41,443 bases of DNA from Octopus bimaculoides (lineage: Eukaryota). This document shows positions 1-11,690 of this stretch, in pieces. The notes below the pieces were generated by a model. That model saw only the letters and a program-made list of their open reading frames with translations. It searched no databases and had not been told where the DNA came from. The stretch spans positions 22,073,418-22,114,860 of the forward strand of contig NC_069005.1 in assembly GCF_001194135.2 (NCBI RefSeq), in the 5' to 3' direction. The first letter of the stretch is position 1; each line of letters begins with the position of its first letter. The translations under genes were made by a program, and so were the position numbers.

Positions 1-50
1 GAACCCGGAACCATGTTGTTGAGGAGCAAACTTCTTACCACACAACCACG
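1..50 (-). mobile_element. SINE family AB, tRNA-like head fragment (cut by window edge)
   Basis: GAACCCGGAACCATG...CTTCTTACCACACAACCACG matches the copies at 16905-16948 and 30471-30503. Confidence 0.75.
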
Positions 51-54
51 TTTT

Positions 55-84
55 CGCCTATCCATCCATCCATCCATCCATCCA

Positions 85-126
<42 letters not shown>

Positions 127-350
127 CATCCATCCATCCATCTATCTATCTATCTGTCTGTCTATCTATCTATCTCTCCATCTATCAGTCTCTCTATCTT
201 TCTGCCTATTTGTCTGTCTGTCTGTTTGCCTGTCTGTTTATCTATCTGTCTATCTACATACCTGCCTAATTAATCTATGTTTATCTGTTTACCTGTCGAT
301 CTACATAATTACGTACCTATCTGTTTATCCATCCATCCATCCATCCATAT
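55..350. repeat. Compound microsatellite (CCAT)n/(TA)n/(TCTA)n/(TCTG)n
   Basis: Read directly. Confidence 0.95.
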
Positions 351-867
351 CTACCCAACCCCCAACTCGAACCCCAAACCCACCACCCAACCGGCACCCC
401 ACACAATGCTTCCACTTCAGAAGTTGGTGGAATAGATTAGTTCCAGTGCAAGAGTTATCAAGTTCGAAGTGTTACCTAAAACGACTACAATCCAACACTA
501 CCACCACCACCACTTCCAACACCTCCACCACCGTTACCACCACGCACCCGGTTCATCCCCTCTTCATCTCTCTATTCCGTCCACCACATTCCACCCTAAC
601 CCTCGTCCTCATCATATAATTTTCTCACCAGCGCCACCCCTAAAAATAACACAAACTTATACACACACACACACACATGCGTGCATACACACGCGTATTC
701 ACTTACACGACACATCACATAATATGCCACACACACACACACACACATACCAAGCATTCATAATAGAAGCATCAGACATACCATACGCACATACACATAC
801 ACATAGACATAACGCACACGGACACACACACGTACCAGGTACCACACGCACCCACCCCCCTCGCACG

Positions 868-1040
868 CACACGCAAACAAACACTATACGTATAGAAAAC
901 ACACACACGCAAACAAACAAACACTATACGTATAGAAAACACACACACGCAAACAAACAAACACTATACGTATAGAAAACATACGCGCGCGCGCAAACAA
1001 ACAAGCGAGTGCATACCAGATACTATACATATAGAAAACA
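868..1040. repeat. 40-bp minisatellite, about 3 copies plus one degenerate copy, each with palindrome CTATACGTATAG
   Basis: Unit ACACACACGCAAACAAACAAACACTATACGTATAGAAAAC. Palindromes at 884-895, 924-935 and 964-975; variant at 1023-1034. Confidence 0.9.
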
Positions 1041-1225
1041 CACGCACACACATAATAGACTCACCATACAAACACACATCCCTAACATACACGACACGTA
1101 TCCTTGATAAGCACACACTCAAACGCAATCACACACATATATTCACATAATTGATAAACACCTGTAGATGCCACGCATTCTTTGCTATAGCTATTGGTGT
1201 TGTTGCCGTTGTATATCTAATACGA

Positions 1226-1290
1226 AGGCACTTGGCCTAATAGTTAGGGAGATGGGCTTCCGTTTGTAATGCTGTGGATCGAATTCTGCA
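1226..1290 (+). mobile_element. Degenerate tRNA-like (SINE) head
   Basis: A-box-like TGGCCTAATAG and B-box-like GGATCGAATTC (1276-1286) at tRNA-like spacing. Confidence 0.4.
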
Positions 1291-1388
1291 CGAAGCAGGG
1301 CTGAGTCCTTCAGCTAATGTCTTCATGTCATGCTGCTTCTTGCCTAGTCACCTAAAAATGAGTCACAGCCAAATGCCAGTGCAGCCCT

Positions 1389-1435
1389 CCTCTCTCACGC
1401 ACCTCTCTCACGCACCTCTCTCACGCACCTCTCTC
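1389..1435. repeat. 13-bp tandem repeat (CCTCTCTCACGCA) x3
   Basis: Read directly. Confidence 0.9.
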
Positions 1436-1558
1436 CACTCAGCTGTCATATCATAGATATTCCTCTCGGATCAAAGGTGCTCACTATTACACAGCTTCTT
1501 AAGATAATGAGCAAAATCATGGTAAATGTTAGCAAACGTAGAGTGTAGCACAGTAGTA

Positions 1559-1610
<52 letters not shown>

Positions 1611-1619
1611 CGTGTGTAT

Positions 1620-2087
1620 ACTCTTACTCTCTTTCTACTCTTTTACTTGTTTCAGTCATTTGACTGCGGCCATGCTGGAGCACCGCCTTTAGTCGAGCAA
1701 ATCGACCCCAGGACTTATTCTTTGTAAGCCTAGTACTTANNNNNNNNNNNNNNNNNNNNNNNNNNNNNNNNNNNNNNNNNNNNNNNNNNNNNNNNNNNNN
1801 NNNNNNNNNNNNNNNNNNNNNNNNNNNNNNNNNNNNNNNNNNNNNNNNNNNNNNNNNNNNNNNNNNNNNNNNNNNNNNNNNNNNNNNNNNNNNNNNNNNN
1901 NNNNNNNNNNNNNNNNNNNNNNNNNNNNNNNNNNNNNNNNNNNNNNNNNNNNNNNNNNNNNNNNNNNNNNNNNNNNNNNNNNNNNNNNNNNNNNNNNNNN
2001 NNNNNNNNNNNNNNNNNNNNNNNNNNNNNNNNNNNNNNNNNNNNNNNNNNNNNNNNNNNNNNNNNNNNNNNNNNNNNNNNNNNNNNN

Positions 2088-2157
<70 letters not shown>

Positions 2158-2315
2158 CGCTCCCAGTACTTATTATTCAGTTTTCATCTACTAAATCCTC
2201 TCATAAGGTTTTAGTAGAAGCCGGCTCAAGGCTTTAGTAGAAGACACTTGGCCAAGGTGCCGCGCTATGGGACTGAACCCAGAACCATGCGATTAGGAAG
2301 CAAGCTTCTTACCAC
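1620..2315 (-). mobile_element. SINE family AB, probably one element spanning a gap (3' body 1620-1739, (TG)n 2088-2153, head about 2170-2315)
   Basis: The body TTTTACTTGTTTCAGTCATTTGACTGCGGCCATGCTGGAGCACCGCC and the head AGAAGACACTTG...GGACTGAACCC occur in the same order as in the intact copy at 16527-16948. Confidence 0.75.
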
Positions 2316-3364
2316 ATACAAACACATACACACACACACACATACATACACAAATATATATATATTCATCTTCCCTCTGCATGTATGTGTGTGTGCGTGT
2401 ATGTACATAGACACACGCGCGCGCACACATACACTAGCTGAGTATCCCGTAGTTGCTGCTGGACAATTTTCACACTAGAATGTCTTGGCAGACTTTCGAA
2501 ATAGCACACCCATATAAGTTGGATTTTCTCCTTTCTGACGGAGACTTTACAAATTTTTTTTTCCATCACACCCTTGCAAATTATGATGGGGGATAGGGAG
2601 ATTTTTTAATGAAGTAATTTTTTTTTTTTTTTATGAATCCCTCCCTCTCCCACTTCTGAACTGTGATTTTGTCCTTTTTTTCTTCTTTTCGTTACACACT
2701 TAAAAACGACGAGAGAATCCCTGGAGGTTAAAAAAGAAGAAAATTTTGGGAAATCGGTAAACATCTCCGTTTCCTTTATTTTCAAAGAGAAAATAAAACC
2801 TAATTCAAAAACAATTATGAAAATTTCTTTTAATTTTTTCATTCAGGCCGCCCCTCCATAAATCCTCAAATTTTTGCTTTTTTTCTTTCGAAATTCTCTT
2901 AAAATCATAGTTTTAAAATACGGACAGTCCAAATCTGCAATCTATTTGTGTTTGTAATTTCAAAATAATTTTTGGGCGAAAATGTATGTGATTTAAGGGA
3001 GGTTTAGCTGTTGTTTCTGCCACTTCCGATGGATGACTACCTGGTTCCTTCCTCGTCTCTTTGTCACTCTAACATGTATTGATGTTTTTCATTTATTTTC
3101 TCCCCATTAATACATTTTGTGGAATGCTGATTCATTATGGGACTTAAGCAACAAAAAAGAAATTGTAATTTCAATTTCTGATCCCAACACCGCATCAGTC
3201 GTGTTCGTGTGTGTGTGTGTGTGAGCGTGTCTAATAAAAAATATATTTACTAACCGAAAAGCATGTTGTTAAAATAAATCATCTTTTACATACCTTTATA
3301 AAATCAGTCTGTCTTCCTAATGAAATTCCTTATACGCATGCATACTCACACACTGACAAACAGA

Positions 3365-3438
3365 CAGACACACAATACATACATACATACATACATACAT
3401 ACATACATACATACAGACAGACAGACAGACAGACAGAC

Positions 3439-3473
<35 letters not shown>

Positions 3474-3494
3474 CAGACACACAGACAGACACAC

Positions 3495-3525
<31 letters not shown>

Positions 3526-3547
3526 CAGATAGATAGATAGATAGATA
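3365..3547. repeat. Compound tetranucleotide microsatellite (ACAT)n/(ACAG)n/(AGAT)n
   Basis: Read directly. Confidence 0.95.
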
Positions 3548-3559
3548 TTTTACGCTACA

Positions 3560-4800
3560 TTTGGCTTGCGACCTGAAGTCGGCTTTGTTGCTGGATGTTA
3601 CAGCTTATTTTGTGAGCGTTTTCGCATCAACGATTCTTCATCAAACTTTCTTAATCCTCATTTTCCGCTAATTCTTGATGATCAGCATCGGTTAAAGATC
3701 CTGGAAGGGCTAGATGTGTTTCCACGCATTCAGCTCATTACCGCGGTTAAGGCTAGGGGCTTTCTTCCTAATGAAGTACGCCCTTGTAATCCTGAGGTTA
3801 ATTGCATCCAATCAGTATTCGAGTGTTTGTGGTGTTGGAATACAGTACTGGGCGGTGTGATCTTATATAGATGTTTCTACACTCTAAGATAAATGTGTCT
3901 CCTGGTCGCTAGATGCATGCGTGTGTATACATATACAGTGATGTCAATAGCAAACTGATAAAAATAATTCAAGTTGTGGTTTCATCTGTTGAAATGGATC
4001 ACCACAAATGTCGAAGTATGTCTATGAAGCCGCTGACGGCATATTTTGTGACCTTTTGATTTACGATTTGAGTGCAGAGACCATGTTGTTTCTTGGAGAT
4101 TTTTGATAAACACTGTTTATTTAAACCAACGAGAGAGCGTGATTGGACTGTTTTCTCTTTGATGTTCTGAAAGACAGAGAAAAACAATAGTACTCTGGTA
4201 ACAGGATTGATCCTCGAAAGGTTGTTGAGGTCGCATCACGAATGTGAAATAAATGAAGATTTTGGTAGCCCATTAGTTATTCAATATCCTCAACAAGTGA
4301 CGTTCATGCTATACATAAGGAAATTGCCAACTAATTTAATGAAGAAATTGTCTCCAACAAAAAGCATTAACTGTTGCCATGAAGAAGAAAATCTGTACAA
4401 TTATCCAATAAAGTTCCCAAACAGTTGTAACTTTAGTGGAGACCGGCACCTTTCTAGTTTAAGCTTGAAAAAGAAATATATTGTAATCACTTTTTACAAT
4501 TAACTCTACAGATTTTTAAGAGAAATTAAAGCCAGTCACGACGTTACGTATCCGAAGACGTCAATGTAAAAACAATGCGATCGAAGACAGAAAAATGCAA
4601 ACCTATTTCTCTATCTTCGAACGCATTGTTTACATAGACGTATAACTTCAAAATTGATTTGGGAGAGTCTGGCATAACGACTCTCCAAGACACAACAAAA
4701 TTTGTTTCAACACACAAATTCGCATAAAGAATCTTGCCAATCAAATACAAAATTTCAAAAGTGATTTGATAGCACTGCTAACACAGGCGGAACGCAGTAT
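3560..4800 (-). mobile_element. Decayed Penelope-like retroelement 3' portion (RT C-terminus/thumb, GIY-YIG endonuclease, 3' terminal region)
   Basis: Minus-strand translation across stops and frameshifts: KLYVYVNNAF (YVDD-like, 4625-4636); LN*K..SY..LGTLLD / YRFSSSWQ (thumb region); NYFYQF...TRRHIYLRV*KH..STVFQH and DAINLRITRAYFIRKKAPSLNRGNEL (resembles the GIY-YIG C-terminus of Penelope-like elements). Confidence 0.8.
3611..3647 (-). ncRNA. Degenerate minimal hammerhead motif in the Penelope-like 3' region
   Basis: Minus strand reads agt-TTGATGA-a-GAATC gtt GATGC-GAAA-ACGCTC-aca, versus canonical CTGATGA..stem II..GAAACGCGTC. C3 is mutated and stem III is disrupted. Confidence 0.5.
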
Positions 4801-4892
4801 TGGCTTACAAGCCTTTAAATATAATTGGTAGCATATTATGGTTGCATAACGAAATACGATGTCACTACCAGTAATTTATATATATTGTGATG

Positions 4893-5325
4893 CTGAGGCG
4901 GCGAGCTGGCAGAATCGTTAGCATGCCGGGCGAAATGCTTAGCGGTATTTCGTCTGCCATTAATTACGTTCTGAGTTCAAATTCTGCCGAGGTCGACTTT
5001 GCCTTTCATCCTTTCGGGGTCGATAAATTAAGTACCAGTTACACACTGTAATCGACTTAATCCCTTTGTCTGTCCTTGTTTGTCCCCTCTATGTTTTAGC
5101 CCCTTGTGGGCAATAAAGAAATGAGAATCGTTAGCATGCGGGGGAAAATGTTTAGTGGCATTTCGTCCGTCTTTACGTTCTGAGTTCAAATCACACCTAG
5201 ATCGACTTTGCTTTTCGCCCTTTCAGAGTGGATAAAATAAGTACCAGTTGAGCACTGGGGTCGATGTAATCGACTAAACCCCTTTCCCGAAATTGCTGAC
5301 CTTGTGCCAAAAAACTTTGAAGCCA
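4893..5325 (+). mobile_element. SINE family C head-to-tail dimer (4895-5122 plus 5123-5325) flanked by a 15-bp target-site duplication
   Basis: A-box-like TGGCAGAATCG, B-box-like GTTCAAATTC and central block GTCGACTTTGCCTTTCATCCTTTCGGGGTCGATAAA. Flanks ATATATATTGTGATG (4878-4892) and ATATATATTGTAATG (5326-5340). Confidence 0.85.
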
Positions 5326-5857
5326 ATATATATTGTAATGTTACGAAATTTAGATAATCCCAAAGGATTTTCAAATGAAATCAGAATTTTAACGATCCAT
5401 TTCTATGATAGAAGATTGCTTTGTTACACAATTGACAACAGCGTTTGTGAAGAACTGAAGTGAGACCGTCTACTAATGTGCAACTGCTCACCCTTACGCG
5501 ACTCCATCTAGTTTGGGTGGCTTTCGCAAATGACTGTCAATAGAAGCTTAATGTCAATAACCGAGTAAAGTAGGCTCTTCCCAACTAAAAGGTAAATTTT
5601 AATTCATTAAGAATGTTCGCACACGTCGTTCAGTGCATCACCCCTTACATGAACACCTACAAAACATAAACATACGCACGCATATACATAATTACACACA
5701 CACACACATATGTAAGAGATGGATGGCAGGAGTTAGGGTTGCCAAGCAGCAGTTGAAGCCGGGGGTGAATGAGTACAAATTCAGCAAAGGGAACATGCTG
5801 TAAGCTAAAATATGCTTCATTTAACCAGCTTGTCTGACTTACTTCATAATTAACACT

Positions 5858-5897
<40 letters not shown>

Positions 5898-6410
5898 ACA
5901 CGCACGCACACATACGCCTCATCTCCTCTTTGCTTTTCTATCTGCTCCTCTCCCTACACCCATGCCTTCTCTGTTTTTCACCTGTTTTTCTTAATCTTTT
6001 CTTCTACGAATTCAACTCTCTCTGTCTCTGTCTCTCTCTCTCCGTACCTTCCTCGAATCTATTCTGTCTCTTCTCCCTTATATATTAATATATGTATGTG
6101 TGTGTGTGTGTATATATATATATATNNNNNNNNNNNNNNNNNNNNNNNNNNNNNNNNNNNNNNNNNNNNNNNNNNNNNNNNNNNNNNNNNNNNNNNNNNN
6201 NNNNNNNNNNNNNNNNNNNNNNNNNNNNNNNNNNNNNNNNNNNNNNNNNNNNNNNNNNNNNNNNNNNNNNNNNNNNNNNNNNNNNNNNNNNNNNNNNNNN
6301 NNNNNNNNNNNNNNNNNNNNNNNNNNNNNNNNNNNNNNNNNNNNNNNNNNNNNNNNNNNNNNNNNNNNNNNNNNNNNNNNNNNNNNNNNNNNNNNNNNNN
6401 NNNNNNNNNN

Positions 6411-6455
<45 letters not shown>

Positions 6456-6659
6456 ACGTATGTATGCAAATATATATATATATATATATACATGAATACA
6501 TTTAAAATATGCATTATCTATAATATTTTATATATATACATATATATTTATATATGTGTGTATATATATGTGCGTGTATGCATTTTTATATATGTATGCA
6601 TATATATATGTATACACATGTGTGTGCTTGTGTGTAATTAATTCTCTGTAAAATAGCGA

Positions 6660-6750
6660 AGGCGCGGGGCCTAGTGTTTAGGGTGTTGCATTCCTGATCG
6701 TAAGATTGCGGTCTCAATTCCTAGACAGAGCGGTGTATCGTGTTTCTAAT
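6660..6750 (+). mobile_element. Degenerate tRNA-like SINE head (distinct family)
   Basis: GGCGCGGGGCCTAGTGTTTAGGGTGTTGCA...GGTCTCAATTCC has A-box-like and B-box-like motifs. Confidence 0.5.
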
Positions 6751-7554
6751 TTCTCTTCATCAGAAATTGAAAAATAGTTTAAACTTAAGCTGTCTTAGAG
6801 AGTATGTGTCCATACCATGTTTAAACTAAAATCTGGATTTTATCACAAGATATTTTTCTTTTATCTATTTTTACGATCAGGGGATATTAGAGCAGGTTGG
6901 ATATTGCATTTTTTCTTTTGTCAGACCATAATTACGAGTAGCAACATTATAATAATACCACCTCATCTAAAAATAATGAGCAAATGTGTTACAAACATTA
7001 GGGATTCAATTTATTACGATATTGGCGCAACAGGGTGACTCAGTTTCTTATTTATATAACAATACTTTTTCAATGGAAATAGAATTTATTCGTTTCAACA
7101 TTAAAGGTAATGTCGAGACAATTAACTATGCTGTGGTTGATATAAAATGTAATTCTTGAACTTATTTCATTGAATAACTTTATCATACTTTTTCTAAATT
7201 TATCTGGGCATGACTGTTCATAGGGCACGTGACACTGAGCCCATCGTCTCTATATAAACCTTTTCGTAAACTGAATAGCTATTAAATCTGCAACAACGAT
7301 GGTCTCTTTCCCTGTTCTTGCTTTTCTTTGTCTCTGTCGCTAAAACTACACAATATACTGCACCTGGTTTGTGTCTCTTCTCTTGCAGATTGCTTGAAGA
7401 CGGAAGGCACGTTATAAAAAATCTGCCTAATTAGATTCTCCATGGCAAGAATGTATTAGTAGCTCTTATTTTAATACTGCGTACGTTAAATGATAATTAT
7501 CTCTCACTGGATGGAATACTTCTGTATTTATCCTACCTTAACGGAACAATAAAC

Positions 7555-7589
<35 letters not shown>

Positions 7590-8572
7590 NNNNNNNNNNN
7601 NNNNNNNNNNNNNNNNNNNNNNNNNNNNNNNNNNNNNNNNNNNNNNNNNNNNNNNNNNNNNNNNNNNNNNNNNNNNNNNNNNNNNNNNNNNNNNNNNNNN
7701 NNNNNNNNNNNNNNNNNNNNNNNNNNNNNNNNNNNNNNNNNNNNNNNNNNNNNNNNNNNNNNNNNNNNNNNNNNNNNNNNNNNNNNNNNNNNNNNNNNNN
7801 NNNNNNNNNNNNNNNNNNNNNNNNNNNNNNNNNNNNNNNNNNNNNNNNNNNNNNNNNNNNNNNNNNNNNNNNNNNNNNNNNNNNNNNNNNNNNNNNNNNN
7901 NNNNNNNNNNNNNNNNNNNNNNNNNNNNNNNNNNNNNNNNNNNNNNNNNNNNNNNNNNNNNNNNNNNNNNNNNNNNNNNNNNNNNNNNNNNNNNNNNNNN
8001 NNNNNNNNNNNNNNNNNNNNNNNNNNNNNNNNNNNNNNNNNNNNNNNNNNNNNNNNNNNNNNNNNNNNNNNNNNNNNNNNNNNNNNNNNNNNNNNNNNNN
8101 NNNNNNNNNNNNNNNNNNNNNNNNNNNNNNNNNNNNNNNNNNNNNNNNNNNNNNNNNNNNNNNNNNNNNNNNNNNNNNNNNNNNNNNNNNNNNNNNNNNN
8201 NNNNNNNNNNNNNNNNNNNNNNNNNNNNNNNNNNNNNNNNNNNNNNNNNNNNNNNNNNNNNNNNNNNNNNNNNNNNNNNNNNNNNNNNNNNNNNNNNNNN
8301 NNNNNNNNNNNNNNNNNNNNNNNNNNNNNNNNNNNNNNNNNNNNNNNNNNNNNNNNNNNNNNNNNNNNNNNNNNNNNNNNNNNNNNNNNNNNNNNNNNNN
8401 NNNNNNNNNNNNNNNNNNNNNNNNNNNNNNNNNNCAAACATACACATGCATAAATATATAAACATACACATATGTATGTATATGTATGTATGCATATGTG
8501 TGTGTGTTAATATATATACACACCAGTGAGTAGACAAACGAAAGGAGGGCATTCAACACATTTATTGGAAAT

Positions 8573-8698
8573 CACATTTATGGATCAAAGCAGTTTGATT
8601 CAAATTCCTTGGTACTCTGAGTTTCAAGCGTGATGCTAGTCTTTGATGAAACTCAGAGTACCAAGAAGTTTGAATCAAACTATCTTGATCCATATGTG
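8573..8698. repeat. Long near-perfect inverted repeat (about 48-bp arms, 20-nt loop), MITE-like or hairpin RNA
   Basis: 8579-8626 is the reverse complement of 8647-8694 with about 5 mismatches. TA lies at both outer ends. Confidence 0.9.
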
Positions 8699-8950
8699 TG
8701 TGTGTATGTATATATCTATGTGTGCCTATGTGTCTGTGTCCCCGCCACATCACCGCTTGACAACCGGCGTTGGTGTGTTTACCTTCCCGTAACTTAGTGG
8801 TTCGGCAAAAGAGACCGAAAGTAGAAGTACTAGGCTTTGAAAATACATGCTGGGGGTCGATTTGTTTGAATAAAACCCTTGAAGGCGGTGATCCAAGCAT
8901 GGCAGCAGTCAAACGACTGAAACAAGTAAAAGAGTAAAAGAATAAAAGAA
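8695..8950 (+). mobile_element. SINE family AB body without the tRNA head (starts at the internal microsatellite)
   Basis: GCTTGACAACCGGCGTTGGTGTGTTTAC...GGCGGTGATCCAAGCATGGCAGCAGTCAAACGACTGAAACAAGTAAAAGAGTAAAAG matches 39850-40052. Confidence 0.85.
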
Positions 8951-8952
8951 TA

Positions 8953-8959
8953 TGTGTAT

Positions 8960-9051
<92 letters not shown>

Positions 9052-9065
9052 GTGCGTGCGTGTAC
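8953..9065. repeat. Long (TG)n tract
   Basis: About 80 bp of pure TG plus degenerate flanks. Confidence 0.97.
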
Positions 9066-9579
9066 ATACATGACGTGAAACGTGTCAGCTTTCCCCAGCC
9101 CATATTCCTACCGTTGCTATCACCGTTCCTGCTCTCACTCCCAGCATTGTCATTACCATCGCACAGTCATCATCATCATCATCATCTTGATTCTCTTTAT
9201 CTCGTCCTGTCTCTCTCTCTCTCTCTCCACCTCTCTATACGCATCCCCTCTACCTTCACGTCACTCAACCTCCATTCTCCTCTTCGTCTACAGTAAAGTA
9301 ATAGCGCTACTCCCGTGGTGAACTCAGTGCGGTCATTATCTGTCATTGATGGAGTAAGGAGAGGGCAGATGTCGTGACATGTTTGACCATATTCTTACTG
9401 ACACTGAATAGACATTGTTAATCGGGATTCTAATAACAGGCACTGAAGTGGACACTCGCATAATTAATGTTATGAACCAAGAAATTATCTACATTATTCT
9501 GCTACGGTTTAACTATGGAACGACATCGAAGACATAATATACTGTAGAGAGACAAGTATTTTTTTTTTTTTACTTTGTA

Positions 9580-9680
9580 TCATTTTCTTGTTTCCGGTCA
9601 TTAGACTGCGGCCATACTACGGCACCACCTTCAGTTTTTAGTCGAATGAATAGGCTCCAGTATTCCTTTATTTTTAAAGT
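9580..9680 (-). mobile_element. SINE family AB 3' fragment
   Basis: TTGTTTCCGGTCATTAGACTGCGGCCATACTACGGCACCACCTT. Confidence 0.75.
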
Positions 9681-9783
9681 GTGGTAGTAGTAGTAGTAGT
9701 AGTAGTAGCAGCAGCAGTAGTCAAGCGGTAGTGGGGGACAAAAACACAATGGCACACACACACATAAACATACACACACACAA

Positions 9784-9822
<39 letters not shown>

Positions 9823-9828
<6 letters not shown>

Positions 9829-10464
9829 GTAATGCCCTTATATAAATAAATATATAAATATATTTTGGGGAATAAATGATGGATTTTTCCCTTATGAGAT
9901 TTTTTCACGCTAGCTACTTGATAAATTCTTATAAAAGACTTTATCCTATTATTGAATTAATTAAATATATAACCAGAATATATTAAGTGCTGAATTATAT
10001 TCTGAAAAAAAAAAAAAAAAAAAAAACATGTACCGAGATGCAATTAAAAAAAGTCCGCCTCTTACATAGATATACAGGGATAAACAATCTTCTATGTACT
10101 ATGCTGAATACATGAAGTGTTCGTCTGGTATGTTGATTTTTTTTTGTTTATTTTTATGTCTTGACCATACTATACTGCATATTACTGTAATAACTACGAA
10201 ATCATGATCTATAGTTTAGTCTGTTTTTAAGGGGCTGGCTTTAAGAGTTGCATTTCCTCGCGTTCGGTAAAAATGTGTTTTTTATGGTAGTTTGACCTTA
10301 GTGTCCCTCTTAGCGTGAGCCATTCATGTATAGTAATGCCCTTATATAAATAAATATATTTTGGGGAATAAATGATGGATTTTTCCCTTATGAGGTTTTT
10401 TCACTCTAGCTACTTGATAAATTCTTATAAATGACTTTATCCTATTACTGAATTAATTATATAT
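9823..10464. repeat. Direct repeat of about 140 bp (9823-9970 and 10327-10464, offset 504 bp)
   Basis: Both copies start TGTATAGTAATGCCCTTATATAAATAAAT. They differ by a few substitutions and one 8-bp indel. Confidence 0.92.
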
Positions 10465-11599
10465 NNNNNNNNNNNNNNNNNNNNNNNNNNNNNNNNNNNN
10501 NNNNNNNNNNNNNNNNNNNNNNNNNNNNNNNNNNNNNNNNNNNNNNNNNNNNNNNNNNNNNNNNNNNNNNNNNNNNNNNNNNNNNNNNNNNNNNNNNNNN
10601 NNNNNNNNNNNNNNNNNNNNNNNNNNNNNNNNNNNNNNNNNNNNNNNNNNNNNNNNNNNNNNNNNNNNNNNNNNNNNNNNNNNNNNNNNNNNNNNNNNNN
10701 NNNNNNNNNNNNNNNNNNNNNNNNNNNNNNNNNNNNNNNNNNNNNNNNNNNNNNNNNNNNNNNNNNNNNNNNNNNNNNNNNNNNNNNNNNNNNNNNNNNN
10801 NNNNNNNNNNNNNNNNNNNNNNNNNNNNNNNNNNNNNNNNNNNNNNNNNNNNNNNNNNNNNNNNNNNNNNNNNNNNNNNNNNNNNNNNNNNNNNNNNNNN
10901 NNNNNNNNNNNNNNNNNNNNNNNNNNNNNNNNNNNNNNNNNNNNNNNNNNNNNNNNNNNNNNNNNNNNNNNNNNNNNNNNNNNNNNNNNNNNNNNNNNNN
11001 NNNNNNNNNNNNNNNNNNNNNNNNNNNNNNNNNNNNNNNNNNNNNNNNNNNNNNNNNNNNNNNNNNNNNNNNNNNNNNNNNNNNNNNNNNNNNNNNNNNN
11101 NNNNNNNNNNNNNNNNNNNNNNNNNNNNNNNNNNNNACATATGTCGGTATGAGTAGAGCAACGGATTCAGCAAATTTGGAAATTAGTTGTGGAGAAACGG
11201 AGAATATCGATTATATTGTGTATCACTCAGTAAAAAGACGAAATTCAAAAAATCTGTTATCTCTCTCTCTCTCTCTCTCTCTCTGTTTGCACCGTCGCTA
11301 GAAGGGGACTTAACTCATCTTTGCAAATGGCTGCGACTTGAAAATTGTTAGAAGTTATGGTTTAAAATTATTTTTAATGCAAAAATTCACGTGAGGAAGC
11401 AAAAAAAAGTTACAAAAAAAAACCAAATCATGGGGGGACCCGGTGGACTGGTGGGTAAAGGTGAGTGTAGGTGAACTGGGTGAGTGGGACATTTTGAACT
11501 GTCCTGTCTGGGGTTCAAGCCTAGTCAGGATGAGGGAAGAAGGTAAGAGTCTTTTTATCTATTTTTTTTTTCGTTTATACAAAAATATTTTTAAAATAT

Positions 11600-11690
11600 A
11601 TTTCTAGATAGAGATTGAAACCTCTACCTTCATACAAGGTTGTTAGTTAAATTACTAACACCTTTAACCATTAGGCCATCAAACCAACAC
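11600..11690 (-). mobile_element. Degenerate tRNA-like head
   Basis: Minus strand GATGGCCTAATGGTTAAAGGTGTTAG...GGTTTCAATC. Confidence 0.35.

Noticed and set aside
868-1040. CRISPR-like array (palindromic repeat at regular spacing)
   Set aside because: The intervening sequences are identical rather than unique spacers, there are no cas genes, and the context is eukaryotic.
4895-4990. tRNA genes
   Set aside because: All A/B-box-bearing segments continue into SINE bodies and do not form complete cloverleaves.
6715-6770. Minus-strand CTGATGA...GAAAC hammerhead-like hit
   Set aside because: No stem II or stem I can be formed.
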